Notes: generated by a model not told the origin, from the letters alone. Counted from the stretch's first letter, positions 1 through 14,973 are shown. The stretch is DNA of 64,000 nucleotides from Eledone cirrhosa (GCA_964016885.1 OZ024750.1:39246001-39310000); one strand, 5' to 3'. Program-made: numbers and translations.

Positions 1-198
1 AAACAACATTACCATAACAAACATAACATTACCATAACAAACATAACATTACCATAACAAACATTACTATAACAAACATAACATTACCATAACAAACATA
101 ACATAACATTACCATAACAAACATAACATTACCATAACAAACATAACATTACCATAACAAACATAACATTACCATAACAAACAACATTACTATAACAT
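1..198 (+). repeat. 20-bp minisatellite (ACATAACATTACCATAACAA)n, truncated by window edge
   Basis: Period-20 repetition is directly visible. Confidence 0.9.
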
Positions 199-296
199 TG
201 GACAAAAATAGTGTTCACATTCTTTTATCCCATTTACTATTGGCAGCACTGATGTCACCTACTAAATAATTTACTGTTACCTTTCTCTACTTCCAG

Positions 297-3200
297 ACAC
301 ACCACAGCCTGCAATAGAGATGTCCGTTCATTCTACCAGTATATCTACTACTGAACCCCAGCATAGGAATATATACCTGACGTCTTTGGATAACAATAGC
401 TCTTTGTCACCATCTCAATGTTCAACACTAGCGGCATCAACCCAGTTACCATTATCACTTACCAAGACAGCTACTGCTACTACTACTATTACTACTACTA
501 CTGTTATGCCGCAAGTTTCAGCCATCAATCCACCAGATCCGTCCACTACAACATTTGACCAGACATCTGTGTTGCCAACATCACAAAATCAGTTGTCTTC
601 AGACAAACCGAGAGATTTATTTGCTTTAAACAACACCCAGGTTCCAAATTATTTGTCATTGCCTGCCTTAACCACATCATCACCATCAGCTTCTGCATTA
701 AAAATACAATCGTCTTCCACTTCAAAAGTTCCACCAAGGCCCTGTTCTAGTCCAGAAGCTTCTGTTTCAACATTGTCTTCATCTAAATCTGATGTGTCAT
801 CGTCATCATCGTCTTCAATTTCTTCTGTTCCCTACACCTTTAAAGTAGAAAATACATTGTTACCTCAGTCAGTCTCTCAGACTCCTTCTTCTAACCAAAC
901 TGTTGCCCCTAAAGTTATTTCTCCAGTCTCATCTGGTCTCTTATTCACTTCATCTTCACAATCTTCCCCACCCAGCACGCTACCAACCACGCTCCACTCA
1001 TCATTACACAGTTCACAGTTTTGCACTACAACAACAGCAGCAACAATTACTACTACTGTTACTACCACCACTACTACTACTACTTCAAATAAATACTCCA
1101 CCCATCATGCATCACTTCCACAAATGAAATGTCAAACTACTTCATTAGCTCTCAAGGATTTGGTTCCTTGCTCATCTACAAATACTGACTCTTCACCTCT
1201 TAGTTTGTCTCCATATATGGACATGTCAACCACCAGTTCATCTTCAAACCCAAAGATATCAATACCAACTCTATCTCCAAATACTAAACTTGCTTCCCCT
1301 ACTCCAGTTCCACTTGATCCGGAGATTGCCACTCAAGATTCATCAAGAAGCATGTCGCTATTAGTTTCTAATTCAACACCAAACATGATGTCTACAGTAA
1401 CTGGTAGCAGGGTTCTTCCTTCTGCTACTAAAACCCTAGGACTTAACTCATCAACTGATACTAAGGCTTTAGTATCCAACTCCTTAACTAGTACTGAAAT
1501 TTCAACACCTATTTCTTCTTCTGCTACTGTCACTTTGGCCCCTCCCTCTTCTGCTACTAACACTTTAGCTCCTCCCTCTTCTGCTACTGTCACTTTAGCT
1601 CCTCCCTCTTCTGCTACTGTCACTTTGGCTCCTGCCTCTTCTGTTACCAACACATTGGTCCATCCTTCTGCTATTGGCACTATGGCTCCTCTTGCTACTG
1701 ATACCTTAGCACCTACCACAACCCCGTCATCCCTAGTAGCCACTGAGACTCTCACGCCAAACTCTTTACATATTATTAAGACTCAGACATCCAATATCCT
1801 TCCTCTTATTAACACTTCTGTATCTGGATTGTCTACTGCCAACATTGTTCTACCTAGTTCCTTGTTCCACACCAACACACCAGTAATCTCTCTGTCTTCT
1901 CAAACCTCAGCTTTAACTTCCAGCTTTGACACTAAAAATAGCTCCCTAGGACCTCAAACAACAACTCAAACTTCTAATTTATCTGATACTCTCACTTCTG
2001 CTGATGCAAAGATATTAACTGCTACTTCTGAAAATAATTTGATGGTTTCTTGCTCAGTTACTCCTGCTATCTCTACTAATAATCTTTCTACTCCCATTAA
2101 GAACTCCACTAAGGAATCTGCTGCTATTTCTTCATCAACTATTAATAATCTATCAGCTTATTCTTCTGATACATTATCCCATGTCTCTACATCTTTGGCT
2201 ACTCATCTTTCTACATCCAAGGGCATTATTGTTCATCCCCCAGCTATTAATACTTCTCATCTTGACATTTCCACATCTGTTAACACTATGGAACTATCAC
2301 TCCTAACCTCCAGTCCCCTTCCAACTCAAAAGGCTCCAGTTGCCAGCTCTACTCCAACTGAAAGAAATCCTACACCTATCTCTGTATCACACACTCCTAC
2401 TACCACTTCTCCTTTAAAGACATCAACTCCTACTTTCAATTCCAATTCTACATCGAACTCCTCAGTTATTAACTTGTCTTCTCATCTAGCAAGTACATCT
2501 GATGCCAAGATATTGGTTACTAACTCATCTTCATCTTCACTTAATATATCTGACTCAGTATCATTAACCTCTGGGACCATTACTTCTAGTTTGTCATCAA
2601 CAACTAAGACTTTAGCTCCCACTTCATTTTCAGATTCTAAGACATCATTCTTGTCTTCTGATCCCAAAATTCTGTCACCTAGATTGAAGACTGTTAGCCC
2701 ATGTGCTGCTATGAAGCCTTCAACAGCTAATAGCCCTGATTCAGTGAAACCCTGTACAAGTGATAGTTTAGCAACTTCATCAGATTGCATATCTCTTGAC
2801 ACCAAAACCTCAGCTCCCGACTTCACTGAAAGTCCTAAGACTTTAGCTCCTAGCTCTACAAGTAGTACCAAAACCTTGCTTCCTGTCTCTTCTGAGAGCC
2901 TTAAAAGCTTGGTTCCCAATTTAACCGATAGTTCCAAGATGTTGGCTTCTAGTTCTTCTGATAGCTGCAAGACGAAGGTGGCCACCTCTGCTGATAGCTC
3001 TGCGTTACTCTCTTCTAGCTCTACCCATGAGCCCCAAACTTCAACTGATGGTGCAGGAATTGTGGCTCACACAACTTCCGATACTACAAAGGTATCAACC
3101 CCCATCTCTGACAGTTTGAAAACATTGGATAGTAGCTTAATTGATATTTCCCAGGGTAGCAAGACGCCAGATCACAGCTCAACAGCCTTGGTTATCAGTT

Positions 3201-6200
3201 CAACAGATAGTTCTAAGGTGTTAGCTACCAGTTTGACTACTACCAATACCACTTCTATTCCACCTAAATCTCTTGATTCAATTTCTTCTGTTACAAAACC
3301 TCCAAGTGTAGTTTCATCCTCTACTCAAAAATCAGTAAAATCAAGTCTTATCCTCAAAACACCTGCTGCCAGCAGTACTTCTACCCTTAAAACACCTGCT
3401 GCCAGCAGTACTTCTACCCTTAAAACACCTGCTGCCAGCAGTACTTCTACCCTCAAAACACCTGCTGCCAGCAGTACTTCTACCCTTAAAACACCTGCTG
3501 CCAGCAGTACGTCTACCATTAACAAGCCAACTCTCAGTGACTCCTTATTACCTGTCATTGTGTTAACCCAGATGACATCATCTGCAACGTCTATAGGTAA
3601 CTTCAAAACTCAAGCTCCCACCTCTACATCTGTCACTAAAGTTCCAACCCCTACAGCAGCTTCCAACACACCAACCTCCACCTCAACTACCCCCAACAAG
3701 ACTCCAATAGAAAGCTCTACATCTGGCCCTAAAACTTCAGCATCCAGTTGTACAGCTTCCCTCAAGACATCAAATTCTAGCTCTCCAGCAGTTCCCATAA
3801 CTGAAACAGCCACCCCTAAGACAACAACATCTACCACAACAGCCACCCCTAAGACAACACCTACCACCACAGCCAGCCCTAAGACAACATCTACCACCAC
3901 AGCCACCCCTAAGACAACAACATCTACCACAACAGCCACCCCTAAGACAACACCTACCACCACAGCCACCCCTAAGACAACATCTACCACCACAGCCACC
4001 CCTAAGACAACAACATCTACCACAACAGCCACCCCTAAGACAACACCTACCACCACAGCCAGCCCTAAGACAACATCTACCACAACAGCCACCCCTAAGA
4101 CAACACCTACCACCACAGCCACCCCTAAGACAACAACACCTACCAACACAGCCACCCCTAACACAACAACACCTACCAACACAGCCACCCCTAAGACAAC
4201 AACACCTACCAACACAGCCACCCCTAAGACAAAAATACCCACAACCACAGCCACCCCTAAGACAACAACACCTACCACAACAGCCACCCCTAATACAACA
4301 ACACCTACCACAACAGCCACCCCTAAGACAACAACACCTACCACAACAGCCACCCCTAAGACAACAACACCTACCACCACAGCCACCCCTAAGACAACAA
4401 CACCTACCAACACAGCCACCCCTAAGACAACAACACCTACCAACACAGCCACCCCTAACACAACAACACCTACCAACACAGCCACCCCTAAGACAACAAC
4501 ACCTACCACCACAGCCACCCCTAAGACAACAACACCTACCACCACAGCCACCCCTAAGACAACAACACCTACCAACACAGCCACCCCTAAGACAACACCT
4601 ACCACCACAGCCACCCCTAAGACAACACCTACCACCACAGCCACCCCTAAGACAACAACACCTACCACAACAGCCACCCCTAAGACAACAACACCTACCA
4701 CCACAGCCACCCCTAAGACAACAACACCTACCAACACAGCCACCCCTAAGACAACACCTACCACCACAGCCACCCCTAAGACAACAACACCTACCACAAC
4801 AGCCACCCCTAATACAACAACACCTACCACAACAGCCACCCCTAATACAACAACACCTACCACCACAGCCACCCCTAAGACAACAACACCTACCAACACA
4901 GCCACCCCTAAGACAACAACACCCACAACCACAGCCACCCCTAAGACAACAACACCTACCACAACAGCCACCCCTAAGACAACAACACCTACCACCACAG
5001 CCACCCCTAAGACAACAACACCTACCAACACAGCCACCCCTAAGACAACAACACCTACCAACACAGCCACCCCTAACACAACAACACCTACCACAACAGC
5101 CACCCCTAAGACAACAACACCTACCACCACAGCCACCCCTAAGACAACATCTACCACCACAGCCACCCCTAACACAACAACACCTACCACCACAGCCACC
5201 CCTAAGACAACATCTACCACCACAGCCACCCCTAAGACAACAACATCTACCACCACAGCCACCCCTAAGACAGCACCTACCACCACAGCCACCCCTAAGA
5301 CAGCACCTACCACCACAGCCACCCCTAAGATAACACCTACCACCACAGCCACCCCTAATACAACACTAACCACCACAGCCACCCCTAAGATGACGCCTAC
5401 CACCACAGCCACCCCTAATACAACACTAACCACCACAGCCACCCCTAAGATGACGCCTACCACCACAGCCACCCCTAATACAACACTAACCACCACAGCC
5501 ACCCCTAATACAACACTAACCACCACAGCCACCCCTAAGACAACACCTACCATAACACCTACCACCACAGCCACCCCTAAGACAACAACACCTACCACCA
5601 CAGCCATCCCTAAGACAACACCTACCACAACAGTTACCCCTCAGATAACAAAACCTACCACCACAGCCACCCCTCAGATAACAAAACCTACCACCACAGC
5701 CACCCCTAAGATAACACCTACCACCACAGCCACCCCTAAGACAACAACACTTACCACCACAGCCACCCCTAAGACAACAACACCCACCACCACAGCTACC
5801 CCTAAGACAACAACACTTACCACCACAGCTACCCCTAAGACAACAACACCCATCACTACAGCCACCCCTAAGACAACAACACCTACCACCACAGCCACCC
5901 CTAAGACAACAACACCTACCACCACAGCCACCCCTAAGACAACACCCACCACCACAGCTACCCCTAAGACAACAATATCTACCACCACAGCAACCCCTAA
6001 GACAGCACCCATCACCATAGCCACCCCTAAGACAATACCTACCACAACACCTACCACCACAGCCACCCCTAAGACAACACCTACCACCACAGCCACCTTT
6101 AAGACAACAACACCTACCACCACAGCCACCCCTAAGACAATAATACCTACCACAACAGCCACCCCTAAGACAGCAACACCTACCACAACAGCCACCCCTA

Positions 6201-9200
6201 AGACAACAACACCTACCACCACAGCCACCCCTAAGACAACAACACTTACCACCACAGCCACCCCTAAGACAACAACACCTACCACCACAGCCACCCCTAA
6301 GACAACAACACCTACCACCACAGCCACCCCTAAGACAACAACACCCATCACTACAGCCACCCCTAAGACAACACCTACCATTACAGCCACCCCTAAGACA
6401 ACACCTACCACAACAGCCACCCTTAAGACAACAACACCTACCACAACAGCCACCCCAAATACCTCTTCACCTAGTATTATTTCTACAACAAAGTCCTTGA
6501 CATCCAAATCTACATTTCTGTCCAATATTAACACACTAGCACCTGCCTCTATAGTTATTCCCAAAACAACAGCACCCAGCTCCACCCCTAAGGCAACTGC
6601 ACCCAGCTCTACTCCTAAGGCAACAGCACCCAGCTCTACTCCTAAGGCAACAGCACCAATCTCGCCCCCTAAGGCAACAGCACCCAACTCCACCCCTACC
6701 CCTAAGACAACAGCACCCAGCTCTACCACTACCCCTAAGGCACCAGCATCCAGCTCAACCCCTAAAACATCAGCACCCACTTCTAGTACTACACCCAGCT
6801 CTACCATTAAGACATCAATAGCCAACTCTACTTCTCTTTCCAAGATACAAGCACCCAGCTCAACAACTTCTACAAAGACACCATCACCTACATCTACAAC
6901 TACCCCTAAAACACCCTCACCCACATCTACCACCAGCCTCAAGACACAAGTGCCAACATCTACAGCTACCCCCAAAGCACAAGCACCCAGTTCTACAGCC
7001 ACCCCCAAAACACAAGCACCTAGTTCTACAGCTACCCCCAAAGCACAAGCACCTAGTTCTACAGCCACCCCTAAGATGCAAACACCCAGTTCAACAACCA
7101 CCCATAAGATGCAAGCACCTAATTCTACAGCCACCCATAAAACACAAGCACCCAGTTCTACAGCCACCCCCAAGACACAAGTACCCAGTTCTACAGCCAC
7201 CCCTAAGACACAAGTACCTAGTTCTACAGCCACCCCCAAGACACAAGCACCCAGTTCTACAGCCACCCCCAAGACACAAGCACCTAGTTCTACAGCCACC
7301 CCCAAGACACAAGCACCCAGTTCTACAGCCACCCCCAAGACACAAGCACCCAGTTCTACAGCCACCCCCAAGACACAAGCACCCAGTTCTACAGCCACCC
7401 CCAAGACACAAGCACCCAGTTCTACAGCCACCCCCAAGACACAAGCACCCAGTTCTACAGCCACCCCCAAAACACAAGCACCCAGTTCTACAGCCACCCC
7501 CAAGACACAAGCACCCAGTTCAACAACCAACCCCAAGACACAGGCACCCAGTTCTACAGCCACCCCCAAGACACAAGCACCTAGTTCTACAGCCACCCCC
7601 AAAATACAGGCACCCAGTTCTACAGCCACCCCCAAGACACAAGCACCCAGTTCAACAACCACCCATAAGACACAAGCATCCAGTTCTACAGCCACCCCCA
7701 AGACACAGGCACCCAGTTCTACAGCTACCCCCAAGACACAAGCACCCAGTTCAACAACCACCCATAAGACACAAGCACCCAATTCTACAGCCACCCCCAA
7801 GACACAAGCACCCAGTTCAACAACCACCCCCAAGACACAAGCACCCAGTTCAACAACCACCCCCAAGACACAAGCACCCAGTTCAACAACCACCCCCAAG
7901 ACACAAGCACCCAGTTCAACAACCACCCATAAGGCACAAGCACCCAGTTCAACAACCACCCATAAGATACAAGCACCCAGTTCTACAGCTACCCCTAAAA
8001 CACAGGCACCCAGTTCTACAACTTCTACCAAACAAGCTAACATTCCTTCTTCAAAACCAATTCCCAGCTCTACATCTACCACAAAGAAACCAGCACTCAC
8101 CTCTTCAGCCACCCAAAATTCTTCCTCTAAGACTACATCACCCACCTCTACATCCAAGACTACAACACCCACCTCTACCACTACATCCAAAACTACAACA
8201 CACACCTCAACATCCAAGACTACAACACCCACCTCTACCACTACATCCAAAACTACAACACCCACCACTACATCCAAGACTACAACACCCACCTCTACCA
8301 CTACATCCAAGACTACATCCAAGACTACAACACCCACCTCTACCACTACATCCAAGACTACAACACCCACCTCTACCACTACATCCAAGACTACAACACC
8401 CACCTCTACCACTACATCCAAGACTACAACACCCACCACTACATCCAAGACTACAACACCCACCTCTACATCCAAGACTACAACACCCACCTCTACCTCT
8501 ACATCCAAGACTACAACACCCACCTCTACCACTACATCCAAGACTACAACACCCACCTCTACCACTACATCCAAGACTACAACACCCACCTCTACCACTA
8601 CATCCAAGACTACAACACCCACCACTACATCCAAAACTACAACACACACCTCTACATCCAAGACTACAACACCCACCTCTACCACTACATCCAAGACTAC
8701 AACACCCACCACTACATCCAAGACTACAACACCCACCTCTACATCCAAGACTACAATACCCACCTCTACATCCAAGACTACAACACCCACCTCTACATCC
8801 AAGACTACAACACCCACCTCTACCACTACATCCAAGACTACAACACCCACCTCTACCACTACATCCAAGACAACAGCACCTACTTCAACCACTACAGCTA
8901 AAACTATAGCCCCAAGTTCTACCACTACAGCTAAAATTATAGCTCCAAGTTCTACCACTACATCCATGACAACAGCACCTACTACTACTACTACTACCAC
9001 CACTACCACAGTCCCTTTCTCTAAGTCTGCAGCTTCTAAAACCACAGCCCCAAGTTCTACCACTACATCCAAGATAACAGTACCTACTTCTACCACTACA
9101 GCTAAAACTATAGCCCCTACCCCTACCATTGCTTCTAAGACCCCAGCTCCCATCTTGACATCCAAGACTACAGCTAAAACTATAGTTCCTACTTCTACTA

Positions 9201-12200
9201 CTACATCCAAGACTACAGCATCCACCTCTACCACTACTACTAAGGCAGCAGTTCCTTTCTCTAAGTCTACAGCTTCTAAAACTACAGCACATACCTCTAC
9301 CAGCCTTACCACTAGAACTTCAGCTTCTATCTCTAGCACTACATCTAAAACTACCACCATTACTAAGACACCAGTATCCTCCTCTACCAGTACTACCACT
9401 AAAACTACAGCTCCTTCCTCTAACACTTCATCTAAGACTACCACCATTGCTAAGACATCAGCACCCTCCTCTACCTCTAGCCTCAAGACTCCAGTACTGA
9501 AGATTGTCTTATCTAATGTTAAAGCAACAATGGCTACCATCACTTCTGGTGGCAAGTCAGTAGTTTCAACTTCTAAATTAGGTGTGAAAAGTTCAGTATT
9601 GAGCTCCACATCTGGCAGCAAGGCAGCAACACCGAGCACAATGTCCAATAACAAGGCACCTGAGCCTAGAGTGACAGCTGGTGTCAAAAGAAAAGCTCCC
9701 AGTCTCGTTTCTAATGCCAAGAGGCCAGCACTTAGCTCCTCTTCGAGTGTTGAGAAAAAACCTGCATCCAGCTCTACTTCTGCTCAGTCAGCTTCCAGTT
9801 GTATCAGTGATTCTCAGACATCTCTTGAATCAACTCCACCTGTGATGAGCTTAACTTCTCATTCTAAGCCTTCTTCTAGTCTTACTAATGTAGCCACCAA
9901 TTCTTCTAATAATGAAAACAAAACTCAACCTATTAGTTCTGCTATTGTTACACCTGCTCTTAGTTCTACTGTCAGTAGCAACACTCCAGCTTCTACTGGT
10001 GTTGACACTTCAGATGCTACTAGCTCTGTTATAGGTATTAATACTCCAGCTTCTAGTTCTACTGCTGATATCGACACTTCAGCTTCCAGTTCTGTCATTG
10101 ATGTTGACACTTCTGTTCTTAGTTCGACAGTCAGTGTGGACACTTCAAATGCTAGTTCAACTTCCAAGAACAGCGTTTCTTCTGGTCAGACAAGCTCTAG
10201 TCCATCTTCTCTCAACAAAAGTCCATCATCGTGTGAATTTGGTCCAAGTTCCCTCTCAGCTCCCACATCTCTCTCTGCTAGCAGATTATCTGATTCCCAA
10301 ATGCCTTGCTCTTCTAATTCAGTGATTCCTGTAACAAGTTCCTTCTCTAATATCAACAGCACATTTTCATCAATCGATTTAATATCATCACCAAACTCTG
10401 AAACTACAGAACTTGCATCCTCCACCAGTTCAAAAATGTCCACTGGTGTAGTATCCAGTCAAAATACTTCCTCACATTCTTCAAATCTGGCTTCTGAAAT
10501 GTCTGACCCTAAATCTCCAGCTCCTATTTCGTCATCTGTTCAGTCATCTTCAGACCTAGCTTCCTCATCAAATCAAGTCATAGTTGAGTCTGATTCTTCA
10601 CCTTCCCAGTCTAAATCAGACCATCACTCCTCCAACTGCACGTCTACTTTACCATCTGGTAAATCACCAACTAATACGTCTCCAGTAGAAACTAAATCAC
10701 TGACTTCATCATCTTCTACCCCTTCCTCTACTGTCTCAACCTCATCGGATTCTGTTAGTTCATCTCATTGTGCCAAAGATTTAGTTCTTTCATCGGAAGT
10801 TAAACCATCAAGCCCGTCATCAAATAATCTGATGCCATCAACTTCTGCCACCACCAACGAACCAGCCCCATCTTCAGTTCTAGCCAAAGAGTCTGTTCCA
10901 TCCTCATCTGTATCCCCTATGGAGACAGCCCCATCTTCGTCTGCTTCTTCGACGGAGCCAAAAACCACTCCAGTAGCAAGCTCTAAGGCATCAGTATCAT
11001 CTTCCACTAAAAGAACATTACCATCATCGTCATCAAGGTCTTTGTCTAGTGTCAAATTGCCTGAGCCTTCATCATCATCATCTGGTACCAAGCAACCAGG
11101 TCCATCATCATCATCGTCATCTGACACTGATATACTAGGACTTTCATCGTCATCATCATCATCTGACAAGGCCCCAACACTGTCGTCATCTAATGACATG
11201 TCACCAGCAACAGTATCACAATCAATAGAATGTAAACTTGATTCTCCATCAACAACACCGATATCTTCTACTTTTCCTCCATCTCCGTCGTCATCAACTA
11301 ATCACAGATCTCCTCCACATAGTCAGAAATTGCCATCCCCTTCTTCATCAACTGACTTTTCAGATTCTAACCTAATTGCTCCGTCATCTGATAAATCTGA
11401 ACAGCCCGCTGTCGCATCATCGGCGTCTTCTCAACCAATGTCTCTCTCAGCATCCATTGATGAGGTCTTGATGATGTCTTTGGAACTGTCATCTAATTTA
11501 GTTGAATCAACTAGTAACCAACACAGTTCTTCACATTCTGTAGAAGCAATTCACACCACATCTTCATCTTCTCTAACAGAAGATGCTCTTTTACATTCTT
11601 CATCGACAGTGCCACTACCTTCTGATCCGTCATGTTCTTCTCTAGATATTCCCCAGCAATCATCAGCAACTCCTATTTCATCATCTTCATCATCATCATT
11701 AACATGTATAGAAGCATTATCTTCAGAAGTATCTGACTCACAATCATCGACCCTAGTTCCCTGTGTCAAAGAGTCACCCAAATCACGTGACAGTGCTGCG
11801 GACTCTGCCTCTACTACTCCACCTCCTGTTTCTGCTTCTAAGAAGATGGCACAAAACACATCTGTCACTTCATCTCCTCGTCTATCTAACAAATTGCCTT
11901 CTAAGCTAATATCTTGTTCATCGGCTGAATCTTCCTCATCATCATCATCATCATCATCTCTAAACACATCTATAAGCTGTCCTCCTCTAACTGATCCAAC
12001 TCCAATACCCTCATCAGAATCATCAGATTTAGTCAGTTCTGAAAACAATAGTTCAAACATTCCAGTTTCACTCCAAGTTAGTGGCTCTCCTTATCTGAAC
12101 ATTTCTGGACCACAGACTCGCCTTAAACCTTCCCTTTGTGAAGTTGAACAAAATACTTTGGAAAGTGTGGTGAACAGTAAAACTAAAGGTGGTTTCACTG

Positions 12201-14229
12201 AGAAAATGACTAAGAATTTGGAACCTGAAAATACTAGTCAGAAAGCAGAAAAGGATACTCAACTAGCAGACACAGTTGTTAGTGTTGATCAAAATAAAGA
12301 TTTGGAAGAAATACCTGGAAATTCAGGTGAGAAGAAAAGCAGTGAAAATAAAAAAGAAATGAAAACTACTTCTTTGAATTGTGACACTCCCAAAGTAGAA
12401 CGGTTGATTTCCAAGGCTAGAAGTGACTCGAATGAAGGACAAAAGGTTAGTTGCAGTAATGTTACTAGCCGGCTATCAAATTGTAAACGTGAGGTGGCTA
12501 AGTCTTCTGGCACTGAAGTCAGCAGGTTATTAGGAGATGTTGGTAATGTTACAGTTGTCCTTCATGATATTTGTGGCAGTAAAGATGACTCATCTGCAAC
12601 AGATGATGTGAAAACTGATACGGATTTCAAATCACAGTCACAGACACCGACTGAAGATGCTGATAAAAAATTGGATGTTGAAGAGGAAGAATGTCCATTA
12701 TCATCATCAGAGTCTAAGAGTAAAATGAAAGCAGAAGAATCTGATAAAAATCTATCAAAGGTTGTTAAAACAGACTCTAAAGTGGATGTAAAGTGTGAAG
12801 AAGAGGAGGAGGAGAGTGAAGTTGGAATTTCCTACAACACTCGTTCAGAATCTGTTAAAGATGAAGACAGTTCCAATGTTTGTAAGAAGGAGAAACAAGA
12901 GCAAGTTAGCACCTGTGAAGAAGATGAATCACAGAGTTTTAATAAAAGCAGTAAATGTGAGGATCTAGCATTACAACTACAAGAAAACAGTTGCCATTCT
13001 GAAGAATCAACAGACTCTGGCAGTCGAAGGTTGCGTGGAAGACCTCGAAAGACCAGTGCTGAGACTGTCTCAACGGAACAAACGAAAAGTCAACCGTTGA
13101 ACCCTGGAAATATCATAAACTTTCGCCTTCGCCGAGACCGTCCATCTTTAAAGAATGGCAAGTGTAAGCACTGTTGCTGTAAAAAACGCTGTCAGTTGAG
13201 CTGTGTCCAGAACAAGTGTGTGGGTTGTATTTTAGATGGCAACTCACTATGCCGTTGCAATTTGAAAGAAAATTTGATAAATAACATTCAAAATATAGCT
13301 TTGTCTGTTAATACAATGTGCATGAATTGCCATGGAAAGAACAAAAGATCTGTTCGTGCTTGCAAGCGGAAGCGCTTGCCTAGCCCACAGCCAAACAAAC
13401 GACGTAATGTTCTGCAAAGTCAGGTCAAACCCTCTACTACAACAAATCAAAAATCATCCAAAAATTCTCAAAAAGTATCGAAAACAAATTTCAAAACCAA
13501 AATGTCTACAACTGCTTCTCACAAAAAACTTGCCAAATCACCTCACAAAAAAACCATAACAAAATCCCCTCCTCCTTCTAAAAAAGTAATTAGAGTTGAA
13601 TTGAAGAAAATATCTCGGGAACCCCCTAAACAAAAAGAAACCAAATGTAAATTAAAGAAAAAATTAGGGGTTGATCTATTGAAAGAAAACCCTGTTGTTT
13701 CTCTGAAGCAGATGACTTCCTTAGAGTCACTATCGGCAACTAGCCACACCAGTAAAAAGGAGGAAAATACAAAGTATGTATCAACAAGGCGTTCACTGAG
13801 AAGTCGGAAGTCTGTCGATGAAAGCACACCAGTGTTACAACACATGCGACGATCAAAGTCAGAACAGAAGCTTGATTCCAACAGTGTCAGTACACCAAAA
13901 TACCAAATTAATTTGGCACTGACACATAGGAATGATAGTGAAGTTAGTTCTAAACTTTCTCAAGACCATCATCTCAGGACAAATAGTACAAGGAGTGCAG
14001 CAGCTCAGCCATGCTGCAGTACGGCAGAAGATTGTTGTAGCACATGTGCTGACAACTTCAATAAAAAATTTGTAGATAATCGTGCTCTGAAAGAGCTGCG
14101 GCAGCGTGTTAAACTTGGACCTTTTAAATGGGACTTAGAGGAATCAGACACGGGTGGACGAGCTCACACGAACGACGAATCTAATAAATCAAATAATGCA
14201 AAGACTTGCAACACCAGTGTATCTAATAC

Positions 14230-14263
<34 letters not shown>

Positions 14264-14770
14264 TGTAGTGGTAGTAGTAGTTCCAAGGTATCGGAAAATA
14301 CCTTACAAACATCCCAGCTAACTCCCTCCTCTTCTACATCATCATCATCATCAAATGTTATGGATGATGAGCTTGTGAAAACATCCATGACCCCGCCAAT
14401 CAGGACCTACTCCAGAACACAGTCCCCACCTTCTCGGATCCGTGTTGGCCGAACATACAGTAAAGCATCAGACTATCAGGCCCTTCCCCCCGGGGTCATA
14501 CCCATTGTCGACTGTCTGCGAGCATCGTCCCGCAGTTCAGCCAGTCACCTGTGTGACATGCCCCGTGTCCACGTGGTACGAGTGGATAAAAAGGGCAACA
14601 TGTTTGAAACTCGGGAACCATATCCACTTCCCAGGACTCCAGTTGACACCGATATCAGTCGTAGTTTAATTGACGAGGAAAAAGTTTCTGGTCAAAGGTG
14701 GAAACTGCAAAGAACTAAAATGAAAACGGATGGTTATCCATTTAGTTTTAAGAAGACACGAATTCAATAA
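297..14770 (+). CDS. Giant terminal coding exon of a S/T/P/K-rich low-complexity repeat protein (>4800 aa) with AT-hook, NLS-like motifs and Cys cluster; upstream exons outside window
   Basis: Stop-free 14.45-kb ORF that includes kilobases of non-repetitive sequence. It is preceded by a polypyrimidine tract and AG (ctttctctacttccag, AG 295-296), with the frame open from 299 to the ATG at 320. AT-rich UTR-like sequence follows the TAA. Confidence 0.85.
1517..1645 (+). repeat. Coding 30-bp repeat (APPSSATVTL) x~4
   Basis: Seen in the DNA and the translation. Confidence 0.85.
3352..3520 (+). repeat. Coding 33-bp repeat (LKTPAASSTST) x5
   Basis: Seen in the DNA and the translation. Confidence 0.9.
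3805..6455 (+). repeat. Coding 24/27-bp repeat block (TATPKTT[T]PT), roughly 100 units
   Basis: The cagccacccctaagacaac core recurs and length variants keep the frame. Confidence 0.95.
6960..8020 (+). repeat. Coding 33-bp repeat block (PKTQAPSSTAT), ~32 units
   Basis: Seen in the DNA and the translation. Confidence 0.95.
8125..8880 (+). repeat. Coding 27/33-bp repeat block (SKTTTPTS[TT]T)
   Basis: Seen in the DNA and the translation. Confidence 0.9.
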
Positions 14771-14973
14771 CTACAATGCATTGGTTAGGATATTATTAAC
14801 TTCTTATTGTGATTTTACTACATTTTTTTTCTTCTTAATATTCCCCCCCCCCCCTTTTCTTTTGTTAAGACTTATTTTTTTCTGTTTTTGTTGCCCCTCC
14901 CCCCCCTCCTTTCTTTTTACTTCAATTAAATATTTATATGGAAGAATTTCACTTGCTAAAAGGTTTTAAAAAT

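Noticed and set aside
320-322. ATG 320 as the true start of the giant ORF
   Set aside because: A strong acceptor lies 23 nt upstream with an open frame and there is no signal peptide; it is more likely an internal Met of a spliced gene.
3610-9720. Long Val/Gly-rich antisense ORFs (672 and 1348 aa)
   Set aside because: They are shadows of the Thr/Pro codon repeats on +, with no independent coding signal.
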